Shown here in pieces: positions 19,133 through 31,052 of a DNA stretch of 64,000 nucleotides. Location of the stretch: NCBI GenBank assembly GCA_031549385.1, contig JAVBPW010000005.1, positions 32,001 to 96,000 on the forward strand, in the 5' to 3' direction. The notes beneath the pieces are model-generated. The model searched no databases, had not been told where the DNA came from, and was given only the letters and a program-made list of their open reading frames with translations. The first letter of the stretch is position 1; each line of letters starts with the position of its first letter. This DNA comes from Alphaproteobacteria bacterium (GTDB taxonomy: Bacteria; Pseudomonadota; Alphaproteobacteria; Rs-D84; SZUA-605). A program made the position numbers and the translations under genes.

Positions 19133-19884
19133 ATATCTTTACGCTTTTTTGTTAGGTCTCTTGGTTGTTGAGGTATTGGATCAAAACCAAATGTTGCGTC
19201 TGCCTCATGAAGTTCTTTTAACATCATTTTTTCATAATTGCGAGCTATTTCTTCAATTTCTTTGTCTGTTGCATCTTTTTTTACTATTAAAGGCTTGGAA
19301 AAATTTAAAACTGTTTTTCTGAAAAATCTTGGAATGAAGTATCTGTCCCAGTTTTTTGTTATTTTTCCTTTTTCGGAACTCCAAGCTAATGAATATATTG
19401 GGACTTGTAGTTTAGATGAAAAATAAAATGGTGAAAAAGCTTTTATTACAAATCTTGGTCCTGTTGGTCCATCGATTGTTAATGCAATTGAAGTATTGTT
19501 TTTTAGTGCTTTATAAATGGCTACTGCGGCGGCTTTTGAGTTTTCATTTGTTGAACCTCTTATTGCGCCTATTTTAAATCTTGTCATTATCTTTTCCATG
19601 AATATTCCATCACGATGAGTCGAAAAAATTGCTGCAGCATCATATTTACCTTTGAAAGTTGTTCTCCAAAATGGACCTACTACTAAACTTCTGCCATGCC
19701 AAAATAATAAAATCCCAGGACCTTTTGATAAAGTTTCTTTAAAGATGTCTATATTTTTGAATTTTATTCTTAGTGATTTATATAAGGCATATACATAAAG
19801 ATAGAGTATCCATGATACTATGAATACTACTACTTTACTAGTTCCGAGTGATTTGAAGAAATCATTTATGTAATTTTTTTTCAT
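19129..19884 (-). CDS. Lysophospholipid acyltransferase family protein (DUF374)
   Basis: FWHG, S.HRDG, IRGS, DGPTGP, WDRY.IP; next to lpxK. Confidence 0.88.
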   Translation of the reverse strand: MKKNYINDFFKSLGTSKVVVFIVSWILYLYVYALYKSLRIKFKNIDIFKETLSKGPGILLFWHGRSLVVGPFWRTTFKGKYDAAAIFSTHRDGIFMEKIMTRFKIGAIRGSTNENSKAAAVAIYKALKNNTSIALTIDGPTGPRFVIKAFSPFYFSSKLQVPIYSLAWSSEKGKITKNWDRYFIPRFFRKTVLNFSKPLIVKKDATDKEIEEIARNYEKMMLKELHEADATFGFDPIPQQPRDLTKKRKDI

Positions 19885-21085
19885 CTTTAATTTTTTGCTT
19901 TGTCTTTTCTAATTTTTTTTCTGTTTCTTTTACTTGTTTCTCAGAGATTTTACCTCTTTTTGAAGCATAATCTAAATTTTGCTCAATGTAAAGAGATTGT
20001 GAAGGGTAGGCAAAATGAGCACCATAACAATCAACTATATTCTTAATTGCAATAACAAGTCTTTCTTTTATTACTAAATATTCTGCCCATCTGTCTGAGG
20101 TTGTAAAGCAATAAATTAAAAGGTCTATTGATGATTTGCTGAATTCAGAAATTTTAACTTGAAATGGAAGTTTTCCTTTTTGAATACCTTCATCTTGTAA
20201 TAAATATGTTTCAATCTCATTTCTGATTGCTTGTAATTGCATAACTGATGTTCTGTATTCTAAACTTACAATCCATTCTATACGGCGATTTTGTCTTTCT
20301 GATAAATTTATAACAGCAAAATCAGCCAATTCAGAGTTTGGAATATAAATAGGCGCTTGGTCGTATTTTCTGATTTTTGTTGAACGGAAACCTATGTGTT
20401 CCACTGTTCCTGTTACTTCGTCTGATTTTTCTACTTTTATACGATCACCAACTGCAAATCGTTTTTCTGAAATGATTGTGATACCTGCTAAGATATTTTT
20501 AAATAAGTCTTTTGCACCTAATGCAACAGCCATACCAAATAGTCCTAATCCAGCTATGATTGGTCCAATTTGTACTCCCCAAATTTCAAGAATTAATGCA
20601 AAACCTGTAAATACAAGAACTATACGGAAGAATTTTATTATCCATTCTACTACTGGAGTTGTGAACTTTTTTGAATAGTTGTTCATTATCATTGCTATTG
20701 GATTTACAATGTTGTAGATAATCCAAAAAGATGAGAATATCCATAATGTCCTTATTATGTTGTGTTGAATGTTTAACCAAAATACAGAATTTGGTGTTAG
20801 TGATAAAAGTGCAAAATATAAACCTAATGCTATTGGTAAAAACTTTAATGGTTCTTCAAGTTCTTTTATTAATTCCATTCTGATATCTGGATGTTTGCGA
20901 AGAACTAATGTTTCTATATTTAAAACTATAAATTTTTTGATTAAATTTCGAAGAGTTAGAAAGAATACAACTATGATTAATGCCTTAATCCATTTAGCAT
21001 CTGGATTTATTAAAACCCAATTGATTGCTTGATATATATATTGATAGATTTGGTCAAACCATTGTATAGCGTTTTCTGTGTTCAT
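19862..21085 (-). CDS. Small-conductance mechanosensitive channel (MscS family)
   Basis: GLGLFGMAVALGAKD, F.VGD.I, GTVEHIGFRST, IPNS, FAYPS. Confidence 0.95.
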   Translation of the reverse strand: MNTENAIQWFDQIYQYIYQAINWVLINPDAKWIKALIIVVFFLTLRNLIKKFIVLNIETLVLRKHPDIRMELIKELEEPLKFLPIALGLYFALLSLTPNSVFWLNIQHNIIRTLWIFSSFWIIYNIVNPIAMIMNNYSKKFTTPVVEWIIKFFRIVLVFTGFALILEIWGVQIGPIIAGLGLFGMAVALGAKDLFKNILAGITIISEKRFAVGDRIKVEKSDEVTGTVEHIGFRSTKIRKYDQAPIYIPNSELADFAVINLSERQNRRIEWIVSLEYRTSVMQLQAIRNEIETYLLQDEGIQKGKLPFQVKISEFSKSSIDLLIYCFTTSDRWAEYLVIKERLVIAIKNIVDCYGAHFAYPSQSLYIEQNLDYASKRGKISEKQVKETEKKLEKTKQKIKDEKKLHK

Positions 21086-21151
21086 TTAAAATTCTCTCCT
21101 TACTTTTTTTATTGTAACATGTAGAGATTTGAAAATCAATAATATTGAAAT

Positions 21152-21176
21152 AAAAAAACCGGCATGGAAGCCGGTT
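21152..21176 (-). terminator. Intrinsic terminator of the orphan gene at 21209-21706
   Basis: Minus strand ACCGGC-TTCCAT-GCCGGT followed by a T run. Confidence 0.8.
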
Positions 21177-21208
21177 GTCATTGTTTGGATTTGTTGATTG
21201 GTTTTGAA

Positions 21209-21706
21209 CTACACGGTTGCCAATATCGGTGCCGTTACTTTTTCCAATACGAAAGGACCTCGTTCATTTTCACTTTTTCGATAAATAATCTCAGTGAAGT
21301 CGATTTCGGTGAAAGGAATTTCTCTTATTCCTCGAGGGCCGGCTACATAAAAATGGTCTTTTTTGGGTTCTATTTCAGAAGTGATGCTTTTTAAATAAGT
21401 CACATCTTCGGGAATGTTTCCCCAATAAAGTTTTTCTTTTATTGATCGGAAAACCTGACGAAAAACTTTCACTTTTTTGCTTTCTCCTTCACCTTCGGTG
21501 GTGTAGATGAGAAACATACACATCTTGTCTTCTTTTGTAGCAATTTCTATCAATTCTGAATTTGCTTCTCCAAGTGTGTCGAAGTCTTCAGTTAGTGGAA
21601 TTTCACCCGGATAAAAGCCCAACAGGTTGTTAGGGTTACGTTCTTGTCCTTCTTGAGGCATGAAAAATCCTTCAAGTAATAGTAATGCTTTGTATTTCTT
21701 GTCCAT
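21209..21706 (-). CDS. Orphan hypothetical protein (solo-cassette type)
   Basis: 165 aa ORF, own TTGACA (21771-21776), ACTTAAAAAT 8 nt before ATG, own terminator. Confidence 0.7.
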   Translation of the reverse strand: MDKKYKALLLLEGFFMPQEGQERNPNNLLGFYPGEIPLTEDFDTLGEANSELIEIATKEDKMCMFLIYTTEGEGESKKVKVFRQVFRSIKEKLYWGNIPEDVTYLKSITSEIEPKKDHFYVAGPRGIREIPFTEIDFTEIIYRKSENERGPFVLEKVTAPILATV

Positions 21707-21951
21707 TTTTTTTGATTTTTAAGTTTATAAATTATTGATTTGTTTAAAAATTAACTTTTATCTTTCAAAATGTCAAGAAAATTATAATATTTAAGAAATA
21801 TTATCGAAATTAGCTATTTTGCTTGACTTTGAGGCAAAAAGATTCTATTTTTACTTAGTTTTCTGGGGTACGACGGAAGACAATTAATTTTAACCGTGCA
21901 AGACCGACACAAATTAGTGTTTGGCGAAGTCAATATAAAGAAATTTTCAAA

Positions 21952-23640
21952 ATGGATAAAAAAAATTTAAATATGACTAATCAAGAATTTGAAGCATTGC
22001 TTGATTCTTATAAATCTCAACCTAAAGAAGGTTACTTAACTAAAGCTACTATTATCAATATCGATAAAAATATGGTTATCTTAGACGTTGGTCTTAAGAC
22101 AGAAAGCTATATTCCAAGACGTGAGTTTGGTGCTGATGAAATCAAAGCCGGCGATATTGTAGACGTGTTCGTTGAAAGATACGAAGGTCCTAATGGCTAT
22201 GTAGTTGCTTCTCGTGATAAAGCAAGACGTGAAGAAACTTGGTCTAAATTGGAAGAAAAAATTGCTAATAAAGAAAAAATCGAAGGTGTTATTACAGAAA
22301 GAATCCGTGGTGGATTTATTGTTGATCTTTACGGAGTGCTTGCATTCATGCCTGGATCACAAGCTGATGTAAGACCACTTCATAATCAAGATGAACTTGT
22401 TGGAAAAAAACAAGAATTCAAAGTTTTGAAAATGGATTATCAACGTTCAAATGTTATCGTTTCTCATCGTGCTGTGCTTGAAGAAGCTCAAGGTGAAAAA
22501 AGAAAAGAAATGATGAAAAACCTTAAAGTAGGGGATGTTGTTGAAGGAACTATTAAAAATATTACTGACTATGGTGTATTTATAGACCTTGGCGGAATTG
22601 ATGGACTTTTACATGTAATCGATCTTTCTTGGAAACGTGTTAATCACCCAAAAGAAATGTTGTCTGTTGGAGAAGCTATTAAAGTGAAAATCATCGGATA
22701 TGATGAAGAAACTCAAAGAATTTCTTTAGGATTAAAACAATTAACTGAAGATCCATACAAAGAATTAATGAAAAATATTAAAGTTGGAGACATTTTAGAT
22801 GGAAAAGTTTCATCTGTTGCTGACTATGGTGTTTTTGTTGAAATTGAAGGTGGTTTAGAAGGTTTAGTTCATGTGTCTGAAATGTCTTGGACTAAGAAAA
22901 ATGTTCATCCTTCAAAATTAGTTTCTGTTGGAGATAAAGTTAAAGTAAAAGTATTAGAAGAAGATGCTGAAAAAAGAAGACTATCATTTGGTATTAAACA
23001 AACTGAAGCTAATCCTTGGGATGCTTATGCTCAAAATCATAAATCAGGGGATGTAGTTGAGGGAATTGTTAAAAATATTACTGAATTCGGTTTATTCGTA
23101 TCTTTAGGTAATGATTTAGATGGTATGGTTCATATCGGAGATCTTGATTGGGACAGAAAAGGTGAAGAAGCTATTAAAGACTATAAAGTTGGTGATAAAG
23201 TTTCTGCTAAAATCTTGGAAATCAATCCTGAAAAAGAAAGAATTTCTCTTGGTATTAAACAAATCAAAGAAGATAGAGCTGAAGATAATTTGTCTAGATT
23301 AAAAAAGAATGATATTGTTACAGCTGTTATTAAAGAAATTACAGAAGATGCTTTAGTAGTAGATATTAATGGTATCAAAGGATTAATTGATAGAATTGAT
23401 TTGTCTATTGAAAAATCTGAACAAAGAACTGAAAGATTTGCAGTTGAAACTAAAATAGATGCTAAAGTTGTTTCAGTTTCTAAAAAAGATAAGACTGTTA
23501 AATTATCAGTAAAAGCTTTGGAACAAGACGAAGAAAAGAAAATGGTTAAAGAATATGGTTCTACTGAAAGTGGAGCTCAATTGAAAGACATTTTCGGAGC
23601 TGCGTTAGAAGAAGCTGAAGCTAAAAAGTTTAAGAAGTAA
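21952..23640 (+). CDS. rpsA: 30S ribosomal protein S1
   Basis: Six S1 repeats (DYGVFIDLGGIDGLLH, GLVHVSEMSW). Confidence 0.98.
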   Translation: MDKKNLNMTNQEFEALLDSYKSQPKEGYLTKATIINIDKNMVILDVGLKTESYIPRREFGADEIKAGDIVDVFVERYEGPNGYVVASRDKARREETWSKLEEKIANKEKIEGVITERIRGGFIVDLYGVLAFMPGSQADVRPLHNQDELVGKKQEFKVLKMDYQRSNVIVSHRAVLEEAQGEKRKEMMKNLKVGDVVEGTIKNITDYGVFIDLGGIDGLLHVIDLSWKRVNHPKEMLSVGEAIKVKIIGYDEETQRISLGLKQLTEDPYKELMKNIKVGDILDGKVSSVADYGVFVEIEGGLEGLVHVSEMSWTKKNVHPSKLVSVGDKVKVKVLEEDAEKRRLSFGIKQTEANPWDAYAQNHKSGDVVEGIVKNITEFGLFVSLGNDLDGMVHIGDLDWDRKGEEAIKDYKVGDKVSAKILEINPEKERISLGIKQIKEDRAEDNLSRLKKNDIVTAVIKEITEDALVVDINGIKGLIDRIDLSIEKSEQRTERFAVETKIDAKVVSVSKKDKTVKLSVKALEQDEEKKMVKEYGSTESGAQLKDIFGAALEEAEAKKFKK

Positions 23641-23781
23641 TAGTTTTACTTTTTAATATATTGGTTTTGAGTAATGTTATTTACTCAAAACCTTTTTCTT
23701 AATTTAAAATAGGAGGTTGTTTTCATTTATTGATTTTTATTTTTCAAATATGCTAAATTAACGCTTATAAAAGGAGTTTAT

Positions 23782-25242
23782 ATGTTTAAATATGGTGAAA
23801 AAGAAGTTCTTAAAGATTTAACTGATTTTGCTAAAGTAGGTTATGGTGCTGATTTTGTACCTTCATTTTATAAAAAAGTTAAAGAGTTTTTAACTCCAGA
23901 AATGAAAAATTTTAAAAAATACTATGAAGATAAAAACCATTTATTACAATTTTATTTTGTGGATGATTATTTTGATTATCGTGAAGAAGATATAAAAGAA
24001 AAACGAAAAACTATATATTGTTCAAAAGAATTTCAATCAAAAAAGTGGAGAAAAGATTTTGAAAAATATTATAAAAACTTTTTAAAGTTTTTACCAAATA
24101 AAGAAAGAAGAGATAGGTTTATAGACCCTAAGGTTGATTATATAATAAACTCTGGTCGAAGGGGAGCATTGGCTTTTACTTCTTTAGATTATATTTTAGG
24201 GAGGAATGAGTTGAATCATTGTACTTATATTTTTATGTTAAATAATTTTAATTCACCTTATACTATGATGCATACTTTTTTTCATGAAATGTGCCACATT
24301 GTTCAGATTAATAAGTACTATCCAAATATTTATAATGAATATAGGAAAAAAGTATGTGAAATACGTGAAAATGATTCTACAAGAATTAGAATTAATGAAT
24401 TTCGTAAAATAGATATAGAATATGATGATTTTTTTAGAAAATCAGATTATGAAAAAGAAGTTTGTGCTGATATATTTGGACCTTTTTGTGCTTTATTAAT
24501 TGCTTATAAAAGTCAAGATGTTGAGTTTATTAGATTTATAAAACATTTTATAAATAGAGTTAGTTTATATAAAGGCTTAAAAAAAGTAACTGGAAATAGT
24601 GATGGATTAGATTATTTTGCAAGACCTATTTTGAAATATATTATTCCTACTTTATCTGAAAAGAATTATGTGAAATTTTTTGATAAAAGTGGATATATTG
24701 ATTATGATTCTGTTTATGATTATTGCTTTAAATTTTTTAAAAAATATTGTTATAAATATGATGATTATAAGGATTTTGTTGATAAAGAAAGAAAACTTAT
24801 TGATGATGAAAAGAAAAAATTGAAAGACTTAAAAAAAGGAAAATCTGATGAAGAGGCTGAAAAACTTGAAATAAGAGCTTTTATGAATCTCCAAAAGAAA
24901 TATCCTAAAAATAAAATAATGAAAGATCTTATGGATGCTTATAATGAATATAAAAATTCTAAATTAACAAAAGAAGAACAGTTTTTTGAAGTATTTAGAG
25001 ATAAGTTATATAATGTTCCTTTAAATGTTTCTCTTAGAGATTGTAACGTTGTTAGAAATGAGCTTTTTGAAATTAGAAAAATTTCTAATAATTATTTAGA
25101 TAGAAAACAAAAATATAATAGAACGAAATTTGTAAAAAAAATGAAGAAGCAATACCCTTCACCTTTTATGAAAAAATATAAAAAATTAGAAAGTAGAGTG
25201 AAGAGTTTGTTTAGTAAAAAGAAAAGTGTTAAGAAAAAGTAA
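23782..25242 (+). CDS. Hypothetical Lys-rich protein with HExxH metallopeptidase-like motif
   Basis: FFHEMCHI and downstream EVCADIF; GGAG SD present. Confidence 0.55.
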   Translation: MFKYGEKEVLKDLTDFAKVGYGADFVPSFYKKVKEFLTPEMKNFKKYYEDKNHLLQFYFVDDYFDYREEDIKEKRKTIYCSKEFQSKKWRKDFEKYYKNFLKFLPNKERRDRFIDPKVDYIINSGRRGALAFTSLDYILGRNELNHCTYIFMLNNFNSPYTMMHTFFHEMCHIVQINKYYPNIYNEYRKKVCEIRENDSTRIRINEFRKIDIEYDDFFRKSDYEKEVCADIFGPFCALLIAYKSQDVEFIRFIKHFINRVSLYKGLKKVTGNSDGLDYFARPILKYIIPTLSEKNYVKFFDKSGYIDYDSVYDYCFKFFKKYCYKYDDYKDFVDKERKLIDDEKKKLKDLKKGKSDEEAEKLEIRAFMNLQKKYPKNKIMKDLMDAYNEYKNSKLTKEEQFFEVFRDKLYNVPLNVSLRDCNVVRNELFEIRKISNNYLDRKQKYNRTKFVKKMKKQYPSPFMKKYKKLESRVKSLFSKKKSVKKK

Positions 25243-25287
25243 ATAAAAAAATCCCGAAGTAAATAGGGATTTTTCTTTAGCTCCGTT

Positions 25288-27717
<2,430 letters not shown>

Positions 27718-27782
27718 TTAAAAAGCTTTCGGCAAGCAAAAAATTGTTGTTTTTTAGTCTTTTTTATAATATAATGATGTTT

Positions 27783-28391
27783 ATGAAGAGGGGAGTTTTT
27801 AGTTTTTGTTTTTTGATTGTAAGTGCTTATATTTCAAGCTCTTTTGCACAAAAAATTGTTGACAATGAAAAAGATTGTAATTTGATGCTACGTAGAAAAT
27901 TTTTGCAGTTTTGTGATAATGGTCAGGAATTGAATAATTACAAAGAATGTTTAGAATCAGAGTATGAACAAATGTCTAAATATTTAAATATAGAATCAGA
28001 AATGCCAGAGTGTATTAATGAAGCTAAGACAGAATATAATGCATTTAAAGTTCAACAAAAAGAATTGCAGAATAATCAGAGTCAAAATTCAAGTGAGTGT
28101 ATAAAATCAAAACAAAATTTAAGTGCTGTTGAATATTGTGTTAGGTATGCTAAATCACTTGGTGAATTTAGAATGAGAAGTTATTCTAATAGATATAAAA
28201 TTGATAATATGTGTGGTGAAAAAGTTATTGGAAATAACTCTGTGAGAAATGCTATATATAATTTAGTTTTTCAAAAAAATATAATTGTGATTGATCCATC
28301 ATTAATTATGCTTACTGAAGATTATAATAAAGGTATGGATAAAATTTATAATGAGTATTTGGCAAAAACCAAAATGTTTTGTGGGGAATAA
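27783..28391 (+). CDS. Secreted Cys-rich hypothetical protein
   Basis: Signal peptide MKRGVFSFCFLIVSAYISSSFA; about 8 spaced Cys in the mature part. Confidence 0.6.
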   Translation: MKRGVFSFCFLIVSAYISSSFAQKIVDNEKDCNLMLRRKFLQFCDNGQELNNYKECLESEYEQMSKYLNIESEMPECINEAKTEYNAFKVQQKELQNNQSQNSSECIKSKQNLSAVEYCVRYAKSLGEFRMRSYSNRYKIDNMCGEKVIGNNSVRNAIYNLVFQKNIIVIDPSLIMLTEDYNKGMDKIYNEYLAKTKMFCGE

Positions 28392-28524
28392 TTTTGAAAA
28401 TTTGTTGCGAAGCAAAAGAATTGAAAATTATTCTTGTTTTTATGAATTTTGTTAGGAATTTTTGTTTCTAGTTTTTAATCAAATTTTATGATATAATTAG
28501 CAAAATTATTTAAAGGAGTATCTT

Positions 28525-29259
28525 ATGTTTTTTACAGAAAAACCAGCAATTTCTATTATAGTTACTGTATATAATGATGCAAAACATTTAGAAGGTTGTA
28601 TCGAATCTATACTTGCTCAAACTTTTACCAGATTTGAAGTTATTATTGTTGATGATGGATCAACTGATAATAGTTTGAAAATATGCAAAGATTATGAATT
28701 ACAAGATAGAAGAATAAGAGTTTATCATCAAAAACATCAAGGAGCTATTGTTGCTCGTAATTTTGCTATTACTATTGCTAAAGGGGAATATATATTTCCT
28801 ATGTATGGTGATGATAAATTAAACGAAAGTGCTTTGTTTAAAATGTATGAAGCAATTCAAAACCAAGCGGCTGATGTGGTTTATTCTAATACTGAAACTT
28901 TTGATAACAGTAATGATATTATTGAAATGTCATTACCTGATAGAAATAACCCTTCAGGATGTGATATTAGTGTTTGCTCTGCGCTTTATAAAAAGGGAGA
29001 TTGGAAGAATTATCAAGGTTATGACCCTAATGTTGATTCTGATTTAAATCATTGGGAGTTTTGGCTTAACTTTATTGAAGATAGCAAGAAAATTGTAAAA
29101 CTTGATGATGCTTTGGTTTATTACAGAGAAAAAACAACTAATGTTTCTCCTGAAGATAAAAAACGAGTATTTGAATATTCTAAAAATAAACATAAGAAGC
29201 TTTATAATGCCCCTTTTGGAATGTTGCTTGATAGTGTTAAGAAATTATTCAAATTGTAA
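28525..29259 (+). CDS. Glycosyltransferase family 2
   Basis: ISIIVTVYN, SILAQT, VDDGSTD, ARN; the DxD region is degenerate (MYGDD). Confidence 0.9.
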   Translation: MFFTEKPAISIIVTVYNDAKHLEGCIESILAQTFTRFEVIIVDDGSTDNSLKICKDYELQDRRIRVYHQKHQGAIVARNFAITIAKGEYIFPMYGDDKLNESALFKMYEAIQNQAADVVYSNTETFDNSNDIIEMSLPDRNNPSGCDISVCSALYKKGDWKNYQGYDPNVDSDLNHWEFWLNFIEDSKKIVKLDDALVYYREKTTNVSPEDKKRVFEYSKNKHKKLYNAPFGMLLDSVKKLFKL

Positions 29260-29260
29260 T

Positions 29261-29286
29261 AAAAAAGGTGGCAAAAGCCACCTTTT
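29261..29286. terminator. Bidirectional terminator, left copy of a duplicated hairpin
   Basis: AAAAAAGGTGGC-AAAA-GCCACCTTTT. Confidence 0.85.
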
Positions 29287-29295
29287 GTTTTTTAT

Positions 29296-29712
29296 TTACC
29301 AGTCGATACATCGTCTTCCGGTTTTAACTTCTTTCCACTGACTATCATTTCCATATCCTTCAATAATATAACCAATGAGGAGTCCGTTGAAGTATAATTC
29401 AGTGTGGCGAAAATCTCCTAAAGCTGGATTTTTCTTTATTTCAACATTTCCTGTTTTCAGTTCGTCCATATAAAGAAGGGGAATTTTGGAAAGAGTGCCA
29501 CTGACAAGCCAACGCATTACAAAAGGCGCATCAATAAACCCGATTTTTTCTTTTTCTTCTGATAATAATTCAGCAGGTGCCAATTTTCCTTTGGGAGTAA
29601 ATTTGATTTTTAAGAACTTTTTGAGTTCTTTATTCCAGACTATACCAAGGTCTTCACCTGATTTGCTCATAAAATCATAAGCAATGCTTGTTTGGGGAAT
29701 TTTTGAATCCAT
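29296..29712 (-). CDS. Orphan hypothetical protein (solo-cassette type)
   Basis: 138 aa ORF, own TTGACA (29768-29773), ACTTAAAAAT 8 nt before ATG. Confidence 0.7.
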   Translation of the reverse strand: MDSKIPQTSIAYDFMSKSGEDLGIVWNKELKKFLKIKFTPKGKLAPAELLSEEKEKIGFIDAPFVMRWLVSGTLSKIPLLYMDELKTGNVEIKKNPALGDFRHTELYFNGLLIGYIIEGYGNDSQWKEVKTGRRCIDW

Positions 29713-29779
29713 AAAATTTGATTTTTAAGTTTTAGAATGTTTTTAAATTAATATAAGGGTTTAATTTTGTCAAGGAATT

Positions 29780-29803
29780 AAAAAAGGTGGCGTTAGCCAC
29801 CTT
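29780..29803 (-). terminator. Terminator of rpsF-rpsR-rplI, right copy of the duplicated hairpin
   Basis: AAAAAAGGTGGC-GTTA-GCCACCTT on the plus strand. Confidence 0.85.
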
Positions 29804-29822
29804 ATTTATTTTTTCAAAGATA

Positions 29823-30272
29823 TTATTCTTGAGTGTTTGTTACAACTACATCAATTAAAGCTGAAACTTCTGGGTGAAGAGCAATCTTCACTTTGAATGT
29901 TCCTAATTCTTTGATTGGGGTGTTAATTATTACATTGTGTGTAGTTAATTTGATACCTAAATCTTTTAACAATTCTAAGATATCTTTTGGAGATACTGAT
30001 CCAAATAATCGGCCTGTATCACCAGCTTGTCTTACGATTGTGAAAGATTTACCATTCAAAGTATCTGCTATGCTTTGTGCTTTTTCTTTTTGTAGTTTGC
30101 TTTCAAGTTCAATGTCTTTTTTCATATCTGCAAATACTTTTGTATTTTGAGCATTTGCTTTTAATGCTTTTTTTAGTGGAAACAAGAAGTTTCTTGCATA
30201 TCCTGCTTTTACTTCCACTGTATCGCCGAGATGACCTAATTTTTCTATTTTTTCTAATAATATTACTTTCAT
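29823..30272 (-). CDS. rplI: 50S ribosomal protein L9
   Basis: MKVILLE, VKAGYARNFLFP, GRLFGSV, LHPEV. Confidence 0.98.
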   Translation of the reverse strand: MKVILLEKIEKLGHLGDTVEVKAGYARNFLFPLKKALKANAQNTKVFADMKKDIELESKLQKEKAQSIADTLNGKSFTIVRQAGDTGRLFGSVSPKDILELLKDLGIKLTTHNVIINTPIKELGTFKVKIALHPEVSALIDVVVTNTQE

Positions 30273-30284
30273 ATTATTCACCTC

Positions 30285-30506
30285 TTATTTGTTGTTTCTT
30301 ACGAATGGAAGAAGACCAATTATTCTTGCTCTTTTAATTGCTAGTGCTAATTGTCTTTGGTTCTTTGGTTTTACCCCAGTTATACGTGATGGTAAAATTT
30401 TTCCACGTTCTGATATATATTTTTCTAATAAAACTATATTTTTATAGTCTATTACTTTACCTTCAAGTGGATCACTCTTCTTGCGAAATACTAATGATTT
30501 AACCAT
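30285..30506 (-). CDS. rpsR: 30S ribosomal protein S18
   Basis: [24 protein letters not shown]; no zinc-ribbon Cys. Confidence 0.98.
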   Translation of the reverse strand: MVKSLVFRKKSDPLEGKVIDYKNIVLLEKYISERGKILPSRITGVKPKNQRQLALAIKRARIIGLLPFVRNNK

Positions 30507-30508
30507 AA

Positions 30509-30868
30509 TTATGCTCCTTCTTGTTCAGTTTCAGTTGTTTCTTCTTTTTTGTTTTTCAACATTGAAGAAATAGTTTTATCTTTTGAATCTAGAGATATTG
30601 TCATAAATCTGATAACGTCGTCAGAAATTCTTAAATTTCTTTCAAGTTCAGTAATTGCAGCAGCTGGGCCGTCAATTCTTAACATATGATAATATGCTTT
30701 TTTATTCTTGTTGATTGGGTATGCTAGTGATAACAACCCCCAGTTTTCTTTGTAGAAAACTTCAGCTTTTGAATTAGATAAGATTTTTTCAAAATTCTTT
30801 ACTAAGTCATCTGCTTGAGCGGGAGTTAAATCCCTACGTGATACTATCACGGTTTCAAAGTATGCCAT
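30509..30868 (-). CDS. rpsF: 30S ribosomal protein S6
   Basis: MAYFETV, WG...[22 protein letters not shown]; start at 30868 behind AAGGAG. Confidence 0.97.
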   Translation of the reverse strand: MAYFETVIVSRRDLTPAQADDLVKNFEKILSNSKAEVFYKENWGLLSLAYPINKNKKAYYHMLRIDGPAAAITELERNLRISDDVIRFMTISLDSKDKTISSMLKNKKEETTETEQEGA

Positions 30869-30874
30869 AATGTT

Positions 30875-30938
30875 CTCCTTATGGTTAGCGTTTAACTTAT
30901 TGTTAATGCCATCTGAGAAATCATTTCCCAGAAAGGAC
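30875..30938 (-). promoter_or_regulatory. S6:S18 ribosomal protein leader
   Basis: Leader GTCCTT...CCATAAGGAG: TCCTT/AAGGA pairing sequesters the SD, with the CCR motif next to it, as in the known rpsF leader. Confidence 0.65.
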
Positions 30939-31052
30939 ATGGGTAGAAGTTATATGTTTTTAGTCTATAAGTCAAGGAAAAAAGATGTTTATCCTTGTAA
31001 TTGTCAAATTATCATTTATATTAAATAGGAAATTTAATCCGAGGATAATTAT

